DNA of 64,000 bases, from assembly GCA_964252075.1 (NCBI GenBank), contig CAXULY010000026.1, positions 1-64,000 on the forward strand. The letters are read 5' to 3'. Shown piece after piece: positions 52,014-61,582 of the stretch. The notes under the pieces were generated by a model, which had not been told where the DNA came from, did no database searches, and saw only the letters and a list, made by a program, of their open reading frames with translations. The position numbers and the translations under genes were made by a program. This DNA is from an uncultured Deinococcaceae bacterium (GTDB taxonomy: Bacteria; Deinococcota; Deinococci; Deinococcales; Deinococcaceae). Numbering within the stretch: the stretch's first letter is position 1; each line of letters opens with the position of its first letter.

Positions 52014-54269
52014 GTGAGCAAACCCAACCGACCCACCGCGAGCCGCGCGTCCTCCCGCCGCGGTCCCCCACCCCGCAAGCCCCTGCCCTGGACCGCCATG
52101 GTCCTGCTGGCGGCCCTGATCCTCAGCCTCGCGTACATCTGGCGCCCCTGGGAGCACCCGCAGAACAAGGCGGAACTGTGGGGCAAGGACTTCCAGTTCA
52201 TCAACCTGGGCCTCGACCTGCGCGGCGGCCTGCGCGTGGCGCTCGCCCCGGAGAACGGCGCGACGGACGCGGACACCCTGGACCGCGTGAAGACCATCAT
52301 CGAGAACCGCATCAACGCCCTGGGCGTCGCCGAACCCACCGTGACGGTCCAGGGCGGCAAGCGCGTGGTGGTGGAGGTGCCGGGCGCCACGCAGGCGGTG
52401 CAGGACCGCGTGCTGAACATCATCCGGCAGCAGGCGAAGCTGGAGTTCCGCATCGTGAACCAGGGCGCGACGCCCGACCCCACCACCAGCCAGTACAAGC
52501 TCACGGACCTCGGCCCGGCCCTCGCCACCGGTGAATCCATCGCGTCGGCGCAGGTCGGCACGGACCAGAGCGGGCGCTTCGTGGTGCAGTTTAAGACAAC
52601 CGCGGCGGGCGCGAACACCTTCTCGCAGTTCACGCGCGCGAACGTGAACCGCCTCATGGCGATCGTGCTGGACGGCCAGATCAAGTCCGTCGCGACCATC
52701 AACGAGCCGCTGTCGAGCGACGTGCAGATCAGCGGCAACTTCACGTCCGAGGAGGCCAGCAACCTCACGCTGGTCCTGAAGTCCGGGTCGCTGCCCGTGA
52801 AGATCAAGATCGAGGAGGAGCGCGCCATCGGGCCGACCCTCGGCGCGGACGCCATCCGGCAGGGCGCCATCGCGGGCCTCGTGGGGATCGGGCTGATCTT
52901 TGTGATGGCCTTCTTCTACTACGGCCTGTACTTCGGGCTGGTCATCGCGGCGGGCCTGCTGTTCACGACGCTCATCATGCTGGGCATCCTGGGCGGCATG
53001 GGCGCCACCCTGACCCTGCCGGGCATCGCGGGTCTGGTGCTCACGCTGGGCGCCGCCGTGGACGGCAACGTGATCTCCTTCGAGCGCATCAAGGAGGAAC
53101 TGCGGCGCGGCAAGGGCATCCGCGGTTCGGTCGGCGCGGGCTTCGAGCACTCCACCGTCACGATCCTCGACGTGAACCTCTCACACCTGCTGGTGGCGCT
53201 CGCGCTGTACAACTACGCGACGGGCCCCGTGCGCGGCTTCGCCGTGACGCTCGCCATCGGCGTGGTCGCGTCGGTCTTCTCGAACCTGGTGTTCGGGCGT
53301 GGCCTACTGAACTTCATGGCGCGCCGCAAGGAATTCAGCGCGCCGCAGTGGTTCGCCACCCCGAAGTTCGACTTCATCCGCATCGCGCCGATCATCACGA
53401 CCATCTCGCTGCTGCTCGCCATCGGGGGCGGCATCCTGGCGGGCACCAAGGGCCTGCATTACGGCATTGACTTCACGTCCGGTACGGCCATCACCGTGAA
53501 CACCGCCAAGACCGTGAACGCGGACGCCGTGCGCTCCGCCGTGTCCGGCGCGGGCGTGGGCGTGAACGGCGGTCAGACCGCCATTCAGGAGGCCGCGTCA
53601 CCGAACGCGAGCGTGCGGCAGTACGTCGTGAAGGTTGGCGAACTCACGCAGGACCAGATCGGCACCTTGAGCAGCAAACTCGCGGCGCTCCCTGGCGCGA
53701 GCGTGCAGCAGACGGAGACCATCGGGCCGTCCGTCGGGCAGGACCTGCGCAGCCAGACCATCAAGGCGGTCGCGCTGGCCCTCGCGCTCATCCTGATTTA
53801 CGTGGCGTTCCGCTTCGACATCGTGTTCGGCGTGGCGAGCGTCATCGCGACGATCCACGCGGTGGGTATCGTGATGGGCGTGTACTCGCTGTTCGGGCTG
53901 GAGTTCAGCATCGCGTCCGTCGCGGCCGTGCTGACCGTGATCGGCTACGCGTTGAACGACGCGATTATCGTGTCGGACCGCATCCGCGAGAACCTGCGCG
54001 GCATGCGCGGCGTGCCGTACAAGGAGATCGTGAACGCCAGCATCAACCAGACGTTATCCCGCACGGTCATGACGTCGGTGTGCACGGCGCTGCCGCTGCT
54101 GTCGCTGGCCCTGCTGGGCGGCAGCGTGCTGCGCGACTTCGGCCTGATCATGCTGATCGGCATTGTGGTGGGCACGTACTCCAGCATCTTCATCGTGTCC
54201 CCGATGGTGGTGTACTTCGAGGGCTGGATCCGCGGTCGCCGCGGCCAGACGCCCGCCAAGAGCGCCTGA
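52014..54269 (+). CDS. secDF: Fused protein translocase subunit SecDF
   Basis: LGLDLRGG, RINALGVAEP, LKSGSLP, IGPTLG, TLTLPGIAG, FERIKEE; SecF half GIDFTSGT, GYALND, DRIREN, GTYSSIF; AAGGAG upstream. Confidence 0.97.
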   Translation: MSKPNRPTASRASSRRGPPPRKPLPWTAMVLLAALILSLAYIWRPWEHPQNKAELWGKDFQFINLGLDLRGGLRVALAPENGATDADTLDRVKTIIENRINALGVAEPTVTVQGGKRVVVEVPGATQAVQDRVLNIIRQQAKLEFRIVNQGATPDPTTSQYKLTDLGPALATGESIASAQVGTDQSGRFVVQFKTTAAGANTFSQFTRANVNRLMAIVLDGQIKSVATINEPLSSDVQISGNFTSEEASNLTLVLKSGSLPVKIKIEEERAIGPTLGADAIRQGAIAGLVGIGLIFVMAFFYYGLYFGLVIAAGLLFTTLIMLGILGGMGATLTLPGIAGLVLTLGAAVDGNVISFERIKEELRRGKGIRGSVGAGFEHSTVTILDVNLSHLLVALALYNYATGPVRGFAVTLAIGVVASVFSNLVFGRGLLNFMARRKEFSAPQWFATPKFDFIRIAPIITTISLLLAIGGGILAGTKGLHYGIDFTSGTAITVNTAKTVNADAVRSAVSGAGVGVNGGQTAIQEAASPNASVRQYVVKVGELTQDQIGTLSSKLAALPGASVQQTETIGPSVGQDLRSQTIKAVALALALILIYVAFRFDIVFGVASVIATIHAVGIVMGVYSLFGLEFSIASVAAVLTVIGYALNDAIIVSDRIRENLRGMRGVPYKEIVNASINQTLSRTVMTSVCTALPLLSLALLGGSVLRDFGLIMLIGIVVGTYSSIFIVSPMVVYFEGWIRGRRGQTPAKSA

Positions 54270-54284
54270 GGTTCCCCGGACGCG

Positions 54285-54312
54285 CGCCCTCCCCGCTCGG
54301 GGAGGGCGTTTT
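54285..54312 (+). terminator. Rho-independent terminator after secDF
   Basis: cgccctccccg / cggggagggcg followed by tttt. Confidence 0.8.
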
Positions 54313-54346
54313 CGTGGAGCGCGGCGGGAGGCGCTAGACTGCGCGC

Positions 54347-54757
54347 ATGCGGGTCGTGCAGTTCGTTCAGGTCGTCGTGCTGCTGGCGCTGGTGGGCTAC
54401 GTGGTCCTGCTGGTGCTGGAGAACCCCGTGACGGTCACGCTGCCGCTGCCGTTCGGGCTGGACCCGACGCTGCCGCTGGGCGCGGTGCTGGCGGTGGCGG
54501 TGCTGGTGGGGGCGCTGTACGCCACGCTGCTGTTTATTCCGCGCCTGCTGATGCTGCGCTGGCGCTGGCGGCGCGAGGTGCGCCGGCGTGGCGAGGCGGA
54601 GGCGCGCCTGCGCGCGACCCTGCAGGCGAAACTGGCGGGCGCCAGCCGACCCACCCCCGCGCTCAGCGGCCAGGACGACGAGATTCCCTGGACGGACATC
54701 ACGACGGACCCCACGCCCACCAGCGAAGGCCGCAACGAGAATCAGGTGGGCGCGTGA
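54347..54757 (+). CDS. LapA/DUF1049-like membrane protein
   Basis: TM, ENPVTVTL, PLG, TM, then basic helix. TAGACT lies 6 nt before the ATG. Confidence 0.65.
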   Translation: MRVVQFVQVVVLLALVGYVVLLVLENPVTVTLPLPFGLDPTLPLGAVLAVAVLVGALYATLLFIPRLLMLRWRWRREVRRRGEAEARLRATLQAKLAGASRPTPALSGQDDEIPWTDITTDPTPTSEGRNENQVGA

Positions 54758-56850
54758 GGGCTCGCACCCCCGCGAAGGCCGCGCCGCGCCCCGTGACGCG
54801 CTGGACGATCGCGCCGCCCGCCAGCCGCGAGGCGCTGTGGCGCGTCATGCAGGACTTCAGTGTGTCTCCCATGCTCGCGCAGGTGCTGCACGGGCGGGGC
54901 CTGACCTCCGCGCACCTGCACCCGGCGTTCCGGCCCACCCCGAATCCCGGCCTGCGTGAGGCCGCGCGGCGACTCGCGGGCGCCATCCGGGCGGGGCAGC
55001 GCATTCGCGTGCACGGCGATTACGACGCGGACGGCGTGACCGCCACCGCCATCCTGGTGCTGGGGTTGAGGGCGCTCGACGCGAACGTGCACGGCTTCAT
55101 CCCGCACCGCCTGAACGAGGGCTACGGCCTGCACCCGGACAAGGTGGAGGAGCACGCCGCGAACTGCGACCTGCTGCTCACCGTGGACTGCGGCGTGACG
55201 AACATCGAGGAGGTGCGCGCGCTCCTCGCGCGCGGCACGCAGGTGATCGTGACGGACCACCACGCGCCCGGGCCGGACTTCCCGGACTGCCTGGTGGTGC
55301 ACCCGCACCTCACGCCGGATTACGACGCGAGTCTGCACGACCTGACGGGCGCGGGCGTCGCGTACCACCTGCTGTGGGCGCTGCACGAGGAACTCGGGCT
55401 GCCGGAGCCCCGCCAGTACGCGGACCTGGCGTCCATCGGCATCATCGCGGACGTCGCGCCGCTCATCGGGGAGAACCGCGCGCTGGTGCAGGCGGGCCTC
55501 GCGCAACTGGCGCAGTCCACTCACGTGGGCCTGCGGGCGCTGGTGCAGGCGGGTGGGCGGGCGCGGCCCACCGCGCGGGATGTGGCGTTCCTGCTCGCGC
55601 CGCGCCTGAACGCCGCGGGCCGTATGGGTGAGGCGGACCTCGCGCTGGAACTCCTGACAACTGAGGACTCGCTGCGCGCGCAGGCGCTCATCCAGCACCT
55701 CGAGACACGCAATGTGGAGCGGCGCGCCATTCAGGACCGCATGTTCAAGGAGGCCCTCTCGCTCGCGGACCCGGAAGCGCCCGCCATCGTGGTGACGCAC
55801 CCAGGCTGGCACGCGGGCGTGATGGGCATCGTGGCGAGCAAGCTGCTGGAGACGCACTACAAGCCCGTGTACATCATCGCGCAGGGCAAGGGCAGCGTGC
55901 GCAGCACGCCGGGCATCAGCGCGGTGGAGGGCCTGCGGGAGGCGGGGAGCCTCCTCAAGCGGTACGGCGGGCACAGCGGCGCGGCGGGCTTCGCGATTGC
56001 GGAGGAGCAGATCGCGGCGTTCACGCAGCGCATTCACGCGTTCGCTGCGCGCCACCCCGCCCCGACGCCCGCCCTGCAGCTTGACGCGGCGCTGCCGCTG
56101 GAGGTCGCGAACCGCGAGCTGGCGCTGGAGGCGGAGGGGCTGGAGCCGTTCGGTGAGGGGCACCGCGCGCCCCTGTGGTGGTTGCGCGAACCGCTGCGCG
56201 ACCCGCGCATGGTCGGCAAGTCCGGCACCAGCCTGCAGTTTCGCGTGGGGAGTCTGCGCGGCATCATGCACGGCGCGCCCGGCCTGCCGGACGGCGGGCC
56301 GCAGGACGTCGCGAGCGGCCTCGCGCGGGACTTCTGGAAGGACCAGGAGCGCGTCGAGCTGGGCGCCCTCGGCCTGCGGCCCGCCACGTCCCTGCAGTTC
56401 GCCGAGACCCCCGCGTGCCCGCCGCTGCCGCGCCTGAATCCGAAGGAGGCGATGGGGCACCTGAAGACCGGCTCTGCGGCGTTCGCGGAGGGTGCCGTCG
56501 CGGAGTACCTGCGGGACAACGTGCCGGGCCTCACGCTGCTCGGCGAGGACGACGCTCACCTCGGCGAGGTGGTGCTGTACGCCCTGCCGCCCGAGGACAG
56601 CCTGCGGCGCTGGCTCACGCAGGCCCACGTGGCGTTCGCGTGGGGGCCCAAGACCCTCGCGGAACTGTCGGGCGGCGTGGGCGGCTTCAGGCTGCCGCGC
56701 GCGCCCGAGGCGGCGCTGGACACCTACCGCCGCTGGCTGTGGGCGCAACTGTACACCGCCCTCGATGACGCCAGCTGGAGCGCCGCCGTGCGCCACATGC
56801 TGGGCCTGGACGCGGTGCCGGGCGCCGAGCCCGTCGCGGCGGACGACTGA
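54754..56850 (+). CDS. recJ: ssDNA-specific exonuclease RecJ
   Basis: HGDYDADG, PHRLNEGYG, TVDCG, TDHH, IADVAPL..ENR, PRLNAAGR, GSVRS, GGH..AAG, LEPFG; GTGA overlap start. Confidence 0.96.
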   Translation: MRARTPAKAAPRPVTRWTIAPPASREALWRVMQDFSVSPMLAQVLHGRGLTSAHLHPAFRPTPNPGLREAARRLAGAIRAGQRIRVHGDYDADGVTATAILVLGLRALDANVHGFIPHRLNEGYGLHPDKVEEHAANCDLLLTVDCGVTNIEEVRALLARGTQVIVTDHHAPGPDFPDCLVVHPHLTPDYDASLHDLTGAGVAYHLLWALHEELGLPEPRQYADLASIGIIADVAPLIGENRALVQAGLAQLAQSTHVGLRALVQAGGRARPTARDVAFLLAPRLNAAGRMGEADLALELLTTEDSLRAQALIQHLETRNVERRAIQDRMFKEALSLADPEAPAIVVTHPGWHAGVMGIVASKLLETHYKPVYIIAQGKGSVRSTPGISAVEGLREAGSLLKRYGGHSGAAGFAIAEEQIAAFTQRIHAFAARHPAPTPALQLDAALPLEVANRELALEAEGLEPFGEGHRAPLWWLREPLRDPRMVGKSGTSLQFRVGSLRGIMHGAPGLPDGGPQDVASGLARDFWKDQERVELGALGLRPATSLQFAETPACPPLPRLNPKEAMGHLKTGSAAFAEGAVAEYLRDNVPGLTLLGEDDAHLGEVVLYALPPEDSLRRWLTQAHVAFAWGPKTLAELSGGVGGFRLPRAPEAALDTYRRWLWAQLYTALDDASWSAAVRHMLGLDAVPGAEPVAADD

Positions 56851-56995
56851 GTCGCCCGGGTCCGGCAACCCCTCGCGTTCCCGCCGCGTACTGCGGGTGG
56901 GGTGGCCGCTCGGGCGGACACACCACCCTGACACACGCTTGATACCCTGCTGACACGAGGCGACATGAGAGCAGAGAACGCATGACGGGCGACGA

Positions 56996-58069
56996 ATGAG
57001 GCGCGTGCTGGTGCCGCTCCTCACGGTGCTGCTGCTGGCAGGCCTGGGGTACGCCATCTGGGCGAGCGTGAGCGGTCAGCTCGCCGCGCGGCGCGTGATC
57101 ACCGCGCGCGGCCTGATCGGCAGCGAGAAGGAGGACTTCTTCCGGGACCCCGAGGTGCAGGCCGCGCTGCAGAAACTCGGCGTGCGCGTGCAATTCGAGA
57201 AGGCCGGCTCGCGGCAGATTGCCACGGGGTACGACCTCGGCACCTACGACTTCGCCTTCCCGGCGGGCGTCGCGGCCGCCGAGAAGATCAAGCGCGACCG
57301 CAAGGTCACGCAGACCTACGACGCCTTCTACACCCCCATGGCGGTCGCCACCTGGAAGCCCATCGCGCGCGTGCTGGAAGCGAACGGCCTCGCGGTAAAC
57401 CAGAACGGCGTGGAGCGCCTGCGGCTCGACCACTTGCTGCCCGTGATGGAGTCGGGCAGGCGCTGGAAGGACCTGAAGGACTCGGCGGCGTACCCAGTGG
57501 GGCGCAGCGTTCTGATCTCCAGCACGGACGTCACGAAGTCGAACAGTGCCGCGATGTACCTCGCGCTCGCCAGTTACGCGCTGAACGGGGAGCGGGTGGT
57601 GCAGGGCGGCGCGGAGGCGGACGCGGTCCTGCCGCGCCTCGCGCCGCTGTTCCTGCGCCAGGGCTACCAGGAGAACAGCTCCGAGGGGCCGTTCGAGGAT
57701 TACCTCGCGCTCGGCATGGGGAAGGCGCCCATGGTGATGGTGTACGAGTCGCAGTTCGTGGAGCAGGCGGCGAGGAAGGCGCTGACGCCCGACATGCTGC
57801 TGATGTACCCGAGCCCCACGGTGTTCACGAAGCACGTGCTGGTGCCCCTCACGCCCGCCGGGCAGCGGCTCGGCGAGGCCCTCATGGACCCCAGCGTGCA
57901 GCAGCTGGCGGTGCGCTTCGGCTTCCGGACGCGCGACCCGCAGCGCTTCCGGACCTTCGTGCGGCAGGGTGGGCTGGAGCTGCCGGACAGTATCGTGGAC
58001 GTGATTGACCCGCCGACGTTCGAGGTGACCGAGCGCCTCATCCAGGCCATCGAACGGCAGGGCAAGTGA
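56996..58069 (+). CDS. Membrane-anchored periplasmic-binding-fold protein of the TelA operon
   Basis: N-terminal TM; GSEKEDFF, GSRQIA, YTPMAVA, SNSAAMYL, VYESQ. Confidence 0.7.
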   Translation: MRRVLVPLLTVLLLAGLGYAIWASVSGQLAARRVITARGLIGSEKEDFFRDPEVQAALQKLGVRVQFEKAGSRQIATGYDLGTYDFAFPAGVAAAEKIKRDRKVTQTYDAFYTPMAVATWKPIARVLEANGLAVNQNGVERLRLDHLLPVMESGRRWKDLKDSAAYPVGRSVLISSTDVTKSNSAAMYLALASYALNGERVVQGGAEADAVLPRLAPLFLRQGYQENSSEGPFEDYLALGMGKAPMVMVYESQFVEQAARKALTPDMLLMYPSPTVFTKHVLVPLTPAGQRLGEALMDPSVQQLAVRFGFRTRDPQRFRTFVRQGGLELPDSIVDVIDPPTFEVTERLIQAIERQGK

Positions 58070-58091
58070 ACACCGCCGTGTGGAGGAACGC

Positions 58092-59330
58092 ATGACCGAC
58101 AAGAACAACAACCTGCCGCAACTCTCGCCCCCCGAGTCCCTGCAGGCGCCCGCGCCGGTGCCCGCCGTGACGCCCGCGCAGTCCGGCGAGATGGTGAATA
58201 TCACCAGCGAGCAGAAGACGAAGCTGGACGCGCAGGTGCAGGACTTCGTGACGGCCATCCTGCAGCAGGACGCGCACGGCGAGACCTTCAAGAGCAAGGT
58301 GGACAGCATCCACAACCTGGGCGCGCAGGACATCCGGCAGGCGGCGAGCGTCTCGAACCGCATGCTGGACCGCCCCATCAAGGCCACCAAGATGGGCCTC
58401 TTCGACGAGGGCAGCGCCGTCGTGAAGAGCCTGCTGGACCTGCGCCGCACCGTGGACGACCTCGACCCGTCCAGGCAGGGGGACCTGTTCAGCCCGCGCA
58501 AGCTGCTCGGCATGATCCCCATGGGCCGCAAGATCGAGGACTACTTCAGCAAGTACCAGTCGGCGCAGGCGCACCTGAACGGCATCCTGCAGGTGCTGTA
58601 CCGCTCGCAGGACGAACTGCGCAAGGACAACGCCGCCATCGAGCAGGAGAAAGTGAACCTCTGGAACACCATGCAGCGCCTGCGGCAGTACGTGTACGTG
58701 GGCCGCGCGGTGGACGAGGCGCTCACCGCGCGCGTGGCTGAGCTGGAGTTCCGTGACCCGGAGAAGGCGCAGATCGTGAAAGAAGAGCTGCTGTTCGCGG
58801 TGCGCCAGCGCGTCACGGACCTCCTGACGCAGCTCGCGGTGAGCGTGCAGGGGTACCTCGCGCTGGACCTCGTGCGCAAGAACAACCTGGAGCTCATCAA
58901 GGGCGTGGACCGCGCGAGCACCACCACCGTGAGCGCCCTGCGGACCGCCGTGCTGGTCAGTCAGGCGCTCGCGAACCAGAAGCTGGTGCTGGACCAGATC
59001 ACGGCGCTGAACGCCACGACCGGGAACCTCATCGAGAACACCAGCATCCTGCTGCGCACGCAGAGCGCGCAGATTCACGAGCAGGCGGGCAGCGCCACCG
59101 TGAGCCTCGACAAGCTCAAGGCGAGTTTCGACAACGTGTACGCCGCGCTCGACCAGATCAGCCAGTACAAGGCGCAGGCGCTGGACAACTTCTCGAAGAC
59201 CATTGACGTGCTGCAGTATCAGGTGGACGGCGCGCAGAAGTACCTGGACCGCACGCGCGGCGAGACGAGCGCGCAGGTGGCGCGCGAACTGAACGTCAGC
59301 ACGACCGCCGACGGCGAGATCAAGTTGTGA
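58092..59330 (+). CDS. Toxic anion resistance protein (TelA family)
   Basis: DLRRTVDDLDP, YFSKYQSAQ, DELRKDN, RKNNLELIKGVDRA, ALANQKLVL; coiled-coil; GGAGG upstream. Confidence 0.88.
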   Translation: MTDKNNNLPQLSPPESLQAPAPVPAVTPAQSGEMVNITSEQKTKLDAQVQDFVTAILQQDAHGETFKSKVDSIHNLGAQDIRQAASVSNRMLDRPIKATKMGLFDEGSAVVKSLLDLRRTVDDLDPSRQGDLFSPRKLLGMIPMGRKIEDYFSKYQSAQAHLNGILQVLYRSQDELRKDNAAIEQEKVNLWNTMQRLRQYVYVGRAVDEALTARVAELEFRDPEKAQIVKEELLFAVRQRVTDLLTQLAVSVQGYLALDLVRKNNLELIKGVDRASTTTVSALRTAVLVSQALANQKLVLDQITALNATTGNLIENTSILLRTQSAQIHEQAGSATVSLDKLKASFDNVYAALDQISQYKAQALDNFSKTIDVLQYQVDGAQKYLDRTRGETSAQVARELNVSTTADGEIKL

Positions 59331-60901
59331 GGCGGCCCGGGACGGGCGGTGCGTGGCGGCTGGCGCTGTCGCTCACGCTGCCGCTGGTCCTGGGCGCGTG
59401 CCAGCAGCAGACCGCCGGGAACACCCTGACGGTGCTGGCGGGCAGCGAGCTGAAGGACCTGGAGCCGCTACTGCCGGACATCGAGCGCAAGGCCGGGGTG
59501 AAACTCACGTTCACGTACACCGGCACGCTGGACGGCGCGCAGCGCATCGCGGACGGTGACCAGAGTGACCTCGCGTGGTTCTCGCACGCGAAGTACCTGA
59601 CCCTGCAACCCAAGGTGGCGGGGCGCATCAAGGCCAGCGAGAAGACCATGCTGTCCCCCGTGGTGCTGGGCGTGAAGGCCAGCAAGGCGCGCGCGTGGGG
59701 CTGGGACGCGCGCGGCGTGACGTGGAAGGACATCGAGCAGAAGGCGGCGAGCGGGCAGCTGCGCTACGGCATGAGCAACCCGGCGGCCAGCAACAGCGGC
59801 TTCACGGCGCTGGTGGGCGTGGTGGCGGCCCTGAGCGGCAGGGGCGACGCGATCACGGAGGCGGACGTGCGCGCCCCCACCCTGAAGGCCTTCTTCAAAG
59901 GGCAGGCGCTCACCGCTGGGTCCAGCGGCTGGCTGGCGGACGCCTACGTGCGCGACCAGGACACGCTGGACGGCCTCGTGAACTACGAGTCGGTGCTGCT
60001 GAGCCTGAACGCGGGCAAGACGCTGCGCGAGCCGCTCACGCTGCTGTACCCGCGCGAGGGCATCATCACGGCGGATTACCCGCTGCTGCTGCTGAACGAC
60101 GCGAAGCGGGCCGCCTACACCCGCCTCGTGGACGCCCTGAAGTCCCCCGACATCCAGCGGGAGATCATGGAGCGGACGCTGCGGCGGCCCGTGAACCCGC
60201 AGGTGCAGACGGGCCGCACCTTCCCGAAGAACCTCCTGGTGGAGTTGCCCTTCCCCGGTCAGCTGGAGACCGTGAACGCCATCCTGACCGCGTACCTCGA
60301 CGAGAACCGCCGCCCGGCGCACACCATCTTCGTGCTGGACACCTCCGGCAGCATGGACGGGGACCGCCTGACGAGCCTGAAGGCCGCGATGGACAACCTG
60401 ACAGGCGCGGACACCACCCTGTCCGGGCGGTTCGCGCGCTTCCAGGCGCGCGAACGGGTGTCGGTGATCTCGTTCTCCAGCGACGTGAACGGCGAGCGGG
60501 ACTTCACGCTCGGCCCACGCGCGCAGGCGGGCCCCACCCTGAGCAGCCTCCGCACGTACGTGGACAGCCTCGACGCGGACGGCGGCACCGCCATCTTCAG
60601 CGCCCTGAAGCGCGCGTACGCGCTGGCGGGTGAGGGCGCGCAGCGCGACCCGGAGCGCTACCAGACCATCGTGCTCATGACGGACGGCGAGAACAACCAC
60701 GGCGCCAGCCGCAACAATTTCCTGCAGTTCTACCGCCAGCTGCCGCCGCAGGTGCGCGCCGTGCGGACCTTCACGGTGCTGTACGGCGAGGGCAGCAAGG
60801 CCGACATGCAGGCCATCGCCGAGGAGACGGGCGGGCGCGTGTTCGACGGGCGCGCGGGCGGGCTGGCCGCCGCCTTCAAGGACATCCGTGGCTACCAGTG
60901 A
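59327..60901 (+). CDS. Lipoprotein with solute-binding domain and C-terminal vWA domain
   Basis: Lipobox LGAC; AGSELKDL, MSNPAASNSG; MIDAS DTSGSM, GGT, LMTDGEN. Confidence 0.88.
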   Translation: MRRPGTGGAWRLALSLTLPLVLGACQQQTAGNTLTVLAGSELKDLEPLLPDIERKAGVKLTFTYTGTLDGAQRIADGDQSDLAWFSHAKYLTLQPKVAGRIKASEKTMLSPVVLGVKASKARAWGWDARGVTWKDIEQKAASGQLRYGMSNPAASNSGFTALVGVVAALSGRGDAITEADVRAPTLKAFFKGQALTAGSSGWLADAYVRDQDTLDGLVNYESVLLSLNAGKTLREPLTLLYPREGIITADYPLLLLNDAKRAAYTRLVDALKSPDIQREIMERTLRRPVNPQVQTGRTFPKNLLVELPFPGQLETVNAILTAYLDENRRPAHTIFVLDTSGSMDGDRLTSLKAAMDNLTGADTTLSGRFARFQARERVSVISFSSDVNGERDFTLGPRAQAGPTLSSLRTYVDSLDADGGTAIFSALKRAYALAGEGAQRDPERYQTIVLMTDGENNHGASRNNFLQFYRQLPPQVRAVRTFTVLYGEGSKADMQAIAEETGGRVFDGRAGGLAAAFKDIRGYQ

Positions 60902-60910
60902 GCCCGGCGC

Positions 60911-61522
60911 GTGAAGCGCGTCCTGCTGTACCTGTACTCCGGCAGGAACCTCGTGGGCACGCTGCTGGCCCTGCTGGGCCTCGCGGCGTACCTGCTGGGC
61001 TTCTTGGGCGCCTGGTGGCTGCCCATCGTGCTGGGGCTGTACGCGCTGGGCGCCCTGGTGACGCCCGCGCGCGGTGCGCCGAAGCTGCAGTTGCAGGCGG
61101 AGCTGGACGAGGGTGAGCTGCGCGCGGAGCTGAACCGCTTCGTGCGGTCCCTGCGCGGGCGCCTCCCGCCGGACGCCATGGAGCGCGTGAGCCGCATTCA
61201 GGCGAACCTGCAAGAAGCCCTGCCGCGCCTCGCGGAGCTGGGCTCGGCGGGCGATCAGAACGCGTACCTCGTTCGGCAGACCATCACGGATTACCTGCCC
61301 GCGACGCTCCGCAATTACCTGCGGCTGCCGCGCGCCTACGCGAACATGCACCCCGTGCAGGACGGCAGGACCGCGCATCAGGTGCTCGTGGAGCAGCTGG
61401 ATGTGCTGGACCGCACGGTGAGCGCGGTGGTGTCGGACCTGGCGCGCGGCGACACCGAGCAGCTCCTCGCGAACGGGCGGTTCCTGCAGGAGAAGTTCCG
61501 CACGCCGGACTTCCAGCTGTAA
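60911..61522 (+). CDS. Membrane protein, XpaC-like partner of TelA
   Basis: Two N-terminal TMs, helical domain with DYLPATLRNYLRLP and NGRFLQEKF. Confidence 0.7.
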   Translation: MKRVLLYLYSGRNLVGTLLALLGLAAYLLGFLGAWWLPIVLGLYALGALVTPARGAPKLQLQAELDEGELRAELNRFVRSLRGRLPPDAMERVSRIQANLQEALPRLAELGSAGDQNAYLVRQTITDYLPATLRNYLRLPRAYANMHPVQDGRTAHQVLVEQLDVLDRTVSAVVSDLARGDTEQLLANGRFLQEKFRTPDFQL

Positions 61523-61543
61523 AGGCGTCAGGGAAGAAAAGGA

Positions 61544-61565
61544 GGCTCGCGCAGGTGCGCGAGCC
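61544..61565. terminator. Hairpin between convergent genes
   Basis: ggctcgcgca / tgcgcgagcc with an upstream A-run. Confidence 0.65.
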
Positions 61566-61582
61566 CCCTCCCCTGCCGGGCG

